Origin: Thermoplasmatales archaeon
GTDB lineage: Archaea > Thermoplasmatota > Thermoplasmata > Thermoplasmatales > Thermoplasmataceae
Assembly: GCA_027310185.1 (NCBI GenBank)
Contig: DAIDBH010000009.1
Coordinates: 1 to 29,473, forward strand
DNA length: 29,473 nt
Direction: 5' to 3'
Below, piece after piece: positions 19,867 through 28,255 of this stretch; the stretch's first letter is position 1, and each line of letters opens with the position of its first letter. A program made the translations under genes and the position numbers. The notes beneath the pieces are model-generated. The model was not told the DNA's origin and ran no database searches. It saw nothing but the letters and a program-made list of their open reading frames with translations.

Positions 19867-21338
19867 TTAATCCCTGTGTTTTGCAAGTACATATGCAAGG
19901 CTGAATGGAACAATCATCCATAACAAGCCGGCAACTATCAGTATAGGACTTATGATTCCATATGCTGCTGGATTTATTGTCTCGGCACCAAAAAGGCCAA
20001 ATTGATCTGTAAACATTGCCCGAACCAGGCTGGAATATCCTGCAGGACTTGAATAGTCGAATGCAATGTTCGCAATGATATACGAAGATGTGGTTGATGA
20101 TACGTCGAGGGCAGACAGTACAGCTACGGGTATGATTGACCAGAACAGATCAAATACTACAAACGTTCCGATCGATCCTCCAAGTAATGCACTCTGTGAC
20201 TTCACGACGTGCGAGAACAGATATACTATGGCAAGGAATGCAATACCCTCCACAATGTATGTCCATATAAAATATAGGCTGAAAAAAGTGGAAAGATACA
20301 TCCCGAAGTAATGATGTATTATCAGGTCGGAGAAGATCATTGACAGCCCCACGGCGATTATTATGGTGATCGCGTTGGATGCGAATCTTGACGAGATAAG
20401 CTCACCCCTAGTTACAGGTCTTTTCAACACAGATTCAAGCACGCCACTCGTCCTGTCCCTGCCATACGTCAGGTATCCTGCAAATATTGCAAGTATGGGT
20501 ATCAGGAACCCTAGTATTTGCGATATTCCTGAAAATACAAGGTCCTGCAGTACGCCCTCAGTCATAGGCGTATAATCTGTCAATGGTCCTATTACGCCAA
20601 TATACCTGGATTTTGGATTGGTTGATATCACCTCGGATACACCACTCGCATTCTTCACCACCACCGCATACGTGTTATTTCGATTCGCATAGGTCACAAC
20701 CGGAAAAACGTCTTTACTATGAAGCCTGACGAATTGAACTCGAAAGAATGGTTTGTCGCAAGGGATTGTGATAATTCCCCTGATGAATAGCTTGAAACAT
20801 AGATTTCTAGAGGTGGTGCTAGAGATCCATTATTCCCCACATACAGAATCTGGAACCCAAAGTTGCTTGAGTTTGCTGGGTCAACGGTTCCCGGTATGAG
20901 GTCAATGCCGGAAAATTTCTGGGACGGATTTATTGAGTATTCCACTTGGCTAGTTGTTCTTTGGCTCCTGAAGGTCGAATACGTGTAATTGATCCCGACA
21001 TTGAACTGTTTGCTGGGCTTTATATGGAACGTTTTATTGGCAAATCCCATTGAATTGCTACGTCCTGAGTAAAACGAACCATTGTATTCAAAATGTGCAA
21101 TTACTCCACTGGTCGGCTCACCATAAACATTGTGGGCAAAGCCTACCATGGTGATATTTGAGCCTTCAATGTAGTACCCATAGTTCAGGTTGGGTCTTGC
21201 AAATGTTGAAGAGGGTGAATTAAAAGTTGCAGCAGATTCATAGGACAGGAGCGACGAAAGCCCAACTATGGCTATAATCAGGATTATGACGAATTTGCTG
21301 GTCAGTGTCCTCTTTGTTTCATAAATTATGGATCTCAC
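19867..21338 (-). pseudogene. ABC-2 type transporter permease split by a 1-nt frameshift (possible sequencing error)
   Basis: N-terminal TM plus extracellular domain (20694-21338) and permease domain YGRDRTSGVLESVLKRPVTR (19867-20697). Adding one base near 20701-20708 joins them (KTFFPVVTYANRN). Confidence 0.75.
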
Positions 21339-22252
21339 TGTTTATCACCGATCAGTTTAAAGAAGAATTCTTCAAGACTTTCCCCTACCGGATCGAATTT
21401 CCGCAGTCTAAACCCTGATTTTATGAGACTGTCCGATATATTTGCGATTTGGTTACCTTCTACTGTCAGGTTTCTAATCGTTATTTCATCGCTAGAAATT
21501 TCCACGTTTCCGTATTGTTCAAGTAATTTTTTGCAGTTGTCATTGTAGTTGTCCACCGTAATGTGTAATACAACATTACCCAGTGACTTCATTTCATTCC
21601 TGCTAAGCATCTTTATAAGTTTTCCGTGATCTATTATTGCAACCCTGTCAGCAAGACCCTCTATCTCGCTCAGTATATGAGATGAAAGGAGGACCGCTTT
21701 TCCTTGTTTCTTCATTTCAATTATAAGGTTTCTCACAAAAAAAACCCCCTCGGGATCAAGACCGTTCAGAGTCTCGTCAAAAAGAACATTTTGCGGATCG
21801 CCAATGATTGATTCGGCTATTGCAAACCTTTTCTTCATCCCCTGCGAATAATCTCTCAGCTTCTTGTTAAGGTGATCCGATAACCCTACATTTTCTAATA
21901 GACTATTGATCCGCTTGTCAATATTCACGCCTTTAAGCTGGTAGAATCCGGCGTAGTATTTCATCAACTGGACGGGTTTCGCATTTGGTTCAAAATTAGG
22001 CAATTCCGGAATCCACCCTACGCCTGCCGAAGCCTTTACCTTTTCTTTCACATTATCATAGCCGTCAACGATTATTCTTCCTCTTGTTGGCAGTATAATT
22101 CCTGAAGACATGCGTATAGTAGTGGTTTTCCCGGCTCCATTCAACCCTACAAGTCCAAGAATTTCGCCATCCATCAGGTCCAGTTCGAGACCATCAACGG
22201 CCGGACTGGCTTTTGCAGAATAGGATTTGCTTACCGACTCTATGTTAATCAC
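21335..22252 (-). CDS. ABC transporter ATP-binding protein
   Basis: GLNGAGKTT, YSQGMKKR, LFDE, SSH. Likely start is GTG 22252 after GAGGATGG. Confidence 0.93.
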   Translation of the reverse strand: MINIESVSKSYSAKASPAVDGLELDLMDGEILGLVGLNGAGKTTTIRMSSGIILPTRGRIIVDGYDNVKEKVKASAGVGWIPELPNFEPNAKPVQLMKYYAGFYQLKGVNIDKRINSLLENVGLSDHLNKKLRDYSQGMKKRFAIAESIIGDPQNVLFDETLNGLDPEGVFFVRNLIIEMKKQGKAVLLSSHILSEIEGLADRVAIIDHGKLIKMLSRNEMKSLGNVVLHITVDNYNDNCKKLLEQYGNVEISSDEITIRNLTVEGNQIANISDSLIKSGFRLRKFDPVGESLEEFFFKLIGDKQ

Positions 22253-22309
22253 TGCTAATCCATCCTCAAATTGCAGCATCGAAATCGATATCTTAACATT
22301 TGTTATTTT

Positions 22310-22933
22310 GGTCAACACCCCTTGATAGAAGCACCTCTATCTCATTCACTATGAAGCTGTTATCGACAATTATGGTTTCGTCACCGTCCTTCCTCAAGGT
22401 GAATGATGAGTTTTTTCTTCCTCTTCTCGTTGAATGTCCCTCACTGGAATCATTCCTGTAAAAACTGCACCTTGGGATATGAAGGATCCTCGCAACATCA
22501 CTCACTCTTAATCCCCTGTCTATGTATTCATTAGCAATGCTCATTATTTCCTCACCGTCTTTTTTTTAAAGCATCACTCAGCAGTGCATTCTCCAGCTCC
22601 TTTTCAGCTAGCAGTCTCTTCAGCTTCTCATTCTCCTTCATGATCTTCCTCATTCCTGGTTCCTTCCTCCTGTAGTGTGGTTTCAGGCCATCCAGGCCAA
22701 AGGAATCATAGGATTCCTTCCACTTGTAGTACATACCAGGATCTATGGAGTATTTCCTGCATGTCTCAACAATCCTGCCATTCTCCTTTACATCCTTTAT
22801 GATGGCAAGCTTCTCTTCCGCCTTCCACCTTTGTCGTTCTGTCATTGTTCCCCCCAGACCCCATTCAATTCTTTATTTAATATATATCTGTTACTATAGG
22901 ACAACTTTGTCTCATTATTAAGAGGGCAGACCA
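22310..22933 (-). mobile_element. IS3-family element, left part (terminal IR, intact orfA 22552-22845, truncated orfB)
   Basis: HTH orfA with leucine zipper (ENEKLKRLLAEKELEN); orfB start with VARILHIPRCSFY; end TGGTCTGCCCTCTTAATAATGAGACA (minus strand, 22908-22933). Confidence 0.88.
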
Positions 22934-22948
22934 ATAGCGTTAAAAAAA

Positions 22949-23088
22949 GGTATACTATAGACCCCTACATGAAGTGTAAAAACATATCAAAACAGTACTA
23001 AACCGTAGTAGAATTAACTACGCTTCAGATTTTAGACAAGGAAAAAATAGGGATTAAAAAAAAGATGTTGCATGCAACTATGCAACAC
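22949..23088 (+). repeat. Module 1: ~140-bp non-coding repeat unit with dyad core
   Basis: Shares GGTATACTATAGACCCCTACATGAAG, CGTAGTAGAATTAACTACG, AGATTTTAGAC and ATGCAACAC with 24954-25094. Confidence 0.9.
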
Positions 23089-23114
23089 CTAAAAATTAAT
23101 TAATTGCTTAGATA

Positions 23115-24203
23115 TTGTATATCGTGCCATTCTCAACTGATTACTATAATATTTACAGGGAAATCCTGAATACAGATGACTATCTGAATTACATAGCGAT
23201 CAATGATAAGATAGAGTATGCCACAAAATTAACAGAAGATGAACGAGAAAACCTGCGAAAGAAATACAGTGAACTTCTGGATAGTAGATTTCTTCATCCT
23301 GATTGCAGTTCCATAGATGAGATTAAAGTACCTTATGGCAAAGGAGATTTTACCCGATACAGTTATGAAAAGGCTGAGCAGAAGTGTATTTTTGCGAAAG
23401 AGCTTGGCATGACACTTGCAGATTACATGTTACGAATCGAGAATGACAGTAATTTTATAATAAAGGTAAATCCAGCAAGAAGCAGTGAAAATGCACAGGA
23501 AGTAATCAGGAGATTAAACAGGAGATCAAGTGTACAGAACAGGGAAGAAAATCTTGGTAATATAGATGAAGAACTCATGGTTAAGGATATGAAACTCAAT
23601 ATTAATCAGGAAAATGCCAACAGCACAAAGATAGAAGAACTCGGTGAAAATGTCAACGATCTCCGTGTTCTTATCACTAAACTCCAAAATGATATAAGAA
23701 ATATTCTACAAAGAACCGATACTACAGTTCAACCACCAGCAGCACGTGAACCTGAAAACAGGGCATTGCCACAAAGACCTTCCAGAGTGCAGAGACCGCC
23801 GTTAGAACCGGTGCATAACGAGGAAAGGAAGCCAAAAGTTTTCACGTTCCCCCGTAAAAATGCACGCCCTGCACCAGTGCCGCCACCGCCGGTGAAGCTA
23901 CCTGAACCGGATTACAGTGCCATATTCAATGGAATGCAGAAAACAGACATTTATTACACGCTGTTGTTTTCCATCTTTGTACACTATGATAAATCACTTT
24001 TACGAAAATCTATTATATTACCAGAGCTTACGAATCATATAGTAACGGGTGAAGAATTGGCATATATTTATGATCATAGGTTGGATTACGGATTTTCAGA
24101 ATCGGCGATCAGGATGGATCCTGACAACCCTATTCAGGTTGCAGTTTATTGCAAATATGTGCTGGGGAACAACCCGCACTCGCAGATAAATCACAATGCT
24201 TAA
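23115..24203 (+). CDS. Hypothetical protein (helical N-domain, coiled coil, Pro-rich linker, C-domain)
   Basis: 362-codon ORF with TTG start directly after module 1; no family recognised. Confidence 0.75.
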   Translation: MYIVPFSTDYYNIYREILNTDDYLNYIAINDKIEYATKLTEDERENLRKKYSELLDSRFLHPDCSSIDEIKVPYGKGDFTRYSYEKAEQKCIFAKELGMTLADYMLRIENDSNFIIKVNPARSSENAQEVIRRLNRRSSVQNREENLGNIDEELMVKDMKLNINQENANSTKIEELGENVNDLRVLITKLQNDIRNILQRTDTTVQPPAAREPENRALPQRPSRVQRPPLEPVHNEERKPKVFTFPRKNARPAPVPPPPVKLPEPDYSAIFNGMQKTDIYYTLLFSIFVHYDKSLLRKSIILPELTNHIVTGEELAYIYDHRLDYGFSESAIRMDPDNPIQVAVYCKYVLGNNPHSQINHNA

Positions 24204-24459
24204 ATGCATTTAAGGATTTTACAGAGGGATGGAACTATGGAAAATAAAGTGCTATTAGATACCAAGCAGGAAGCGACAGAACTTATCCAGCAATAATAGT
24301 TTACGTTAAATGAATAGCTTGCCATAATATTAGCAGAAATTCACACTTTCGGATTTATTCTTTATTTTTTCCTAATTTCATGCCGTCTAACAGCAATGAG
24401 AGCAAACGAAGGAATGATCGACGGATCTACTTATCCCATATGGTGTTTCAGAGAGTGTC

Positions 24460-24945
24460 ACTTAACGTGTAACCAGGTGGTAACTGAGGTATCGATCTTA
24501 GTGTAAACTGGTGAAAGACCCCATTTTTGCATTGTTTTTAGAGTTTCTGATTTTCTTTACTATTTACATGTCCATGGGTGTTAAGTTACATGTAACCAGT
24601 AGTCAGTTTACAAAGTTACATTTGTAAAGATGTAAACTGGCATGTAACATGGTGATCACGCATTGTAACTGTACCTATTTTAACCTATGAATTGCTTGCT
24701 CTGTGTTAAATCTACGATCCGGCAGGCTTCAGTATTACAGTGATCAATTTTGTTGTTTTTTTAAGATTTTTATGTTGTGTGGTTTACATCGCTTTACATG
24801 TAATTAACATGTAATTAACATGTAACCAGTAGATCGCTTACAGTGTAAACTGGTAAAAAGCCCGATAAATACGCTGTTTTTAGTGTTCGTAAGTTTACAT
24901 GTAAGTTACATGTAAGCAGTGTAAAGTGGTGTAAACTTGTAAACT
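24460..24945. repeat. Dense TGTAA/TTACA motif array with internal duplication
   Basis: About 25 TGTAA/TTACA pentamers in ~480 bp (hand count); GTTACATGTAAC palindrome at 24585-24596; tandem 11-bp ACATGTAATTA at 24796-24825. Confidence 0.9.
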
Positions 24946-24953
24946 TAAAAAAT

Positions 24954-25094
24954 GGTATACTATAGACCCCTACATGAAGGGTAAGATGACCCTAAAACAG
25001 ACCTATGTCGTAGTAGAATTAACTACGATTGAGATTTTAGACGGTAAAAAAAATTGGATAAAAAAATAGAGGCGTTACATGTAACATGCAACAC
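24954..25094 (+). repeat. Module 2: second copy of the ~140-bp unit
   Basis: Imperfect direct repeat of 22949-23088; dyad at 25009-25027; GTTACATGTAAC at 25074-25085. Confidence 0.9.
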
Positions 25095-25135
25095 TTGGAA
25101 AGTTCTATACAGAATTTATACGAAAGTATAGGGAG

Positions 25136-25375
25136 TACATATGGAAGCATTCAACTCGATCCTGGAAAGGGAGGTAATAAGAAGATTCGAGTTTGAAGGT
25201 CTTGAGGAAGCGAAATCCACAATCGGAAGGTATGTGGATTTCTATAACAATGAAAGATTGCACAGTGCCATAGGATATATTACACCATGGGAGATGAACA
25301 GGAAATGTATGGAAAGGATTCAGAAAGCTTGAAATCTTATAAGACAATATTGTCTCCAATTAGGGGAGCTAACCA
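25136..25375 (+). mobile_element. IS3-family element, right part (orfB C-terminus plus terminal IR)
   Basis: EAFNSILERE...YVDFYNNERLHSAIGYITP; end TGTCTCCAATTAGGGGAGCTAACCA (25351-25375) resembles the IR at 22908-22933. Confidence 0.88.
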
Positions 25376-25827
25376 TTGTTATGATCATTTTAAGGTAGAC
25401 TGTAAACGTCAGATGCTTTTTACAATTTAAACATCTTCAATATCTGAAGCATTGACTAAGACTGGGAATATAGGGAACAACAAAGGCTTTTTCCATTCTA
25501 TTCATATCTCTAGCTGAATGGAGTTCTTTAGGGAGAACTGTTAAAACACTCTAAATCCTGATACTTCCTTTTTTCCATCATGGAGCACACAATAATTTCT
25601 GTTAAGTTATATTTACAAGGTACACTTGTGCAGTTGTCATTTTCATGTTGTCTATCTTCTGTCTAACTTTGTTCCAGTCAACTTTTTTCTCTTCTGTGAA
25701 TATTTTTCAAGGTAGCCGAAAAATATAGTCGTAGTAGAATGTACTAAGGTTAAGCTATACTTTCCTCACTTTATACACGTATACTTAGGCTAACATGGAA
25801 CCTATTTTTAGTCACATTATTTTATGT

Positions 25828-25909
25828 TAGACAAAACTTAGACAGGAAATAGACATGAATTAGACGGGACTTAGACAGCAGGTAGACATGGGTTAGACAA
25901 TTATTAGAC
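25828..25909 (+). repeat. Eight TAGAC motifs at exact 11-bp periodicity (iteron/centromere-like), part of module 3
   Basis: TAGAC starts at 25828, 25839, 25850, 25861, 25872, 25883, 25894 and 25905; the intervening 6-mers vary. Confidence 0.95.
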
Positions 25910-26068
25910 ACCAGTTTAATGAAGTGGGAAGACCAATAATAAACACAATCTTATTTTCAGTGTGGCATACCGGATATTTATAAAGGGGAGACATGGTTTA
26001 AATCAAAAGATTCTCCTTGATTTCATGGAATGACTTTATTTGAATACTATCTCCTAGAACCATGTGAG

Positions 26069-26250
26069 TCATAAAGCACAATTTCCTTTCTGGTCTTCTA
26101 TCATCTGGAATTTCTCAAGTTCTAGAAGCATCCTCTCCAGGAAATACTTCTTCATCAGTCCTGTTGAGATCATTCCCCTCATGAGTGCATTTTTTATAAT
26201 GAGGGAAAGGAAGAACATAAATATGGTTCCCATAATGGTGGGTTCGTTCC
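26069..26250 (-). mobile_element. IS1634-like transposase C-terminal fragment
   Basis: TIMGTIFMFFLSLIIKNALM...KKYFLERMLLELEK...IEDQKG resembles archaeal IS1634 C-termini as I recall them. Confidence 0.6.
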
Positions 26251-26486
26251 TCTTCCTGAGGTGATCATAAACCATGCACTCCTTCCTGCACAATGGGCAG
26301 CGAAACTTTGATCCCTTCTCATGAGCTATGTAAATGTCAACAGTCTTGTTCGCAGAATCAAGGGATACTCTTTCAACCTTCCATGGTGACTTCATATCAA
26401 GCAGTGTAGAATATAGCTGGCATTCGTCCATGAAATAATATAACTAAGGATTGGATAAAATTACCCACATGAAAGTGGGAAGAACC
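26251..26486 (-). mobile_element. ISL3-family element left end and transposase N-terminus
   Basis: LL.MKSPWKVERV...CPLC...VYDH zinc-finger start; terminal GGTTCTTCCCACTT (minus strand) beginning at 26486. Confidence 0.8.
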
Positions 26487-26498
26487 AATATTATTTCC

Positions 26499-26726
26499 TT
26501 ATTTACTAAACGTTTGTTCATTAATAATATTTTCTTGGGTCTCTTTAACATTTTGAGGATAAATTGGTAAATTAAGTATAGATAAAAAATGGTTTACATC
26601 CCTTTCGGAAATAAAATTCTGCAAAAATTGGCAAATTAGGTTGAAAAGCGGAGATTGTGCTTTGTAGTTCTCGCTTCTGAGTAAATATAGTTCAAAAGAA
26701 TTTACCCACACCGAACTAAGGTCCAT
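26499..26726 (-). CDS. Short hypothetical ORF or gene remnant
   Basis: 75-codon ORF co-oriented with and just downstream of the PAPS-reductase-like fragment. Confidence 0.3.
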   Translation of the reverse strand: MDLSSVWVNSFELYLLRSENYKAQSPLFNLICQFLQNFISERDVNHFLSILNLPIYPQNVKETQENIINEQTFSK

Positions 26727-26746
26727 TTTCTTTAATATTGTGTCAA

Positions 26747-27118
26747 TTATTCTTCCATACTAACTAGTTTTTCTGAAAATGGATAAACAATCTTCATTTC
26801 GGCAGGATACTTCTTCCCTATAGACTTCAAGAATGTATGAGCAACCACAGACATTTGAGGGAACTCCATCATTGTGCCTGAATAGGTAATGTTCAGGTCA
26901 ATATCAGGATGGACTGTTTTCATGTACAGTGATAGAACCACAAGGGCGGTACTATAATTTCCTCCAGAATAGGTGACAATCCTTCTTTTATTCCTTTTGT
27001 AAAGTTGTTCTAAAATGTTTATGCTTTCCTGGAACTTCTCACTAAAGGTATTGCTAATATAAGAAGGAAGACGAGATGTGTCATACTTCCCTATAGGTTC
27101 CCCTTGAATTTCCATCAT
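26747..27118 (-). pseudogene. Truncated PAPS-reductase-family (DndC/SspD-like) gene
   Basis: IVTYSGGNYSTAL is a degenerate SGGKDS PP-loop; ITYSGTMMEFP corresponds to the DTxxE motif; only 123 aa. Confidence 0.7.
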
Positions 27119-27346
27119 TATAATATCATCTAATATTTAAAGATCTTACGGTCAAAGGTGCGGAATAAACTTTGTAAATTGTCGACTGAAAAGAGGGAGA
27201 TCGAAGAATGACGCAGAAGTTTTCTCTCTCAAGTTAAAAGACTTATAGATGCGATAGAGGGTAACAAATATTCAGTGGTGTTGGAACGTTGCCCTTATAA
27301 AGAATACGACGGCGAAACATTTTATACTGTTTCCCCTTGTTAAATC

Positions 27347-28096
27347 ATGATTTCTATAAACGATTATGACACTGGTTTTAAAATGAATTCAACTGTGATT
27401 GGAAAACTTAAGTCCAAGTGTACGATTCTCATTGACCAGTTAAACTGTGTTCCGATATTTTTTGTAAAGGAGTCAACCATGGACAATTATTGCACAGCGA
27501 AATGCTTGAGAAGAGATTGCACCAAGGAGTTTCTAATGACCTATGAAAGAGAAATAGAGAATAGGAATTGGCCACGAACCGAAGAAACGATGAAAAAAAT
27601 GGAACGTTGCCTGGGAAAATGCAATGCAGTAGGATGTTATATTCCCCATACTGACGATATTTCAGACAAACCCCACATTCTGATTTGTCCTGAAAGAATT
27701 AACCATCGAAACAATGTTCAATTCCAAGATTTACTCTTGGAAATAATAATTCACGAACTAACCCACGCCTATTTTTCTACTGGTAGTGATTTGAATGACC
27801 TTAGCAAACATATAATTGAAGAATCTTTGTGCGAAGCATATGCATTTTCCAAATTTGAAAACACAGAACAGCTCTTTGACTTCATAGCGGATCCGAAAAG
27901 GCCCCCTGAATATACTGCATTCAAGTTTTGGACAGAAATTTCCAGGAATGTACCCCTAATATTGCTTATGAATGAATGGAAGAACAAAAATTACAAAATG
28001 TTCCCTTTTGGAATTTTTCCATTTCCTTATGAACGATTTTTTTTGCAACCCAGATCTCTGGAACAGATTGCGTTGCTTGTTCTCTCATTCTCTTAA
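27347..28096 (+). CDS. Zincin-type metallopeptidase-like protein, Cys-rich
   Basis: IIIHELTHAY (HExxH) followed by IIEESLCEAYA (gluzincin-like third ligand); TTTTATA box about 25 nt upstream of the ATG. Confidence 0.7.
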   Translation: MISINDYDTGFKMNSTVIGKLKSKCTILIDQLNCVPIFFVKESTMDNYCTAKCLRRDCTKEFLMTYEREIENRNWPRTEETMKKMERCLGKCNAVGCYIPHTDDISDKPHILICPERINHRNNVQFQDLLLEIIIHELTHAYFSTGSDLNDLSKHIIEESLCEAYAFSKFENTEQLFDFIADPKRPPEYTAFKFWTEISRNVPLILLMNEWKNKNYKMFPFGIFPFPYERFFLQPRSLEQIALLVLSFS

Positions 28097-28255
28097 AAAT
28101 ACAAGCAAATACTTTAAAACCTTAACTCCCCGATTGTTTGGGGAATGCATATGTCCCCAGCTGTTTTTCCAGCTTCCTGGATGAAGCAGCTATTTCCGAT
28201 ATTATTGTTTTTCTGTCATCAACTATCTCATATACCCTTGAGAACTACAGCAGCA

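Noticed and set aside
22933-25375. Composite IS3 transposon carrying the orphan gene
   Set aside because: The two IS3 pieces are partial and their ends are not oriented to enclose the segment.
25828-25909. TAGAC array as a mini-CRISPR or peptide repeat
   Set aside because: The unit is only 11 bp (5 conserved, 6 variable) and is not a multiple of 3.
28185-28226. Possible degenerate terminal CRISPR repeat (TGTTTTTCTGTCAT)
   Set aside because: Similarity is weak and limited to the T-rich core, and the implied spacer (~30 bp) is shorter than all others.
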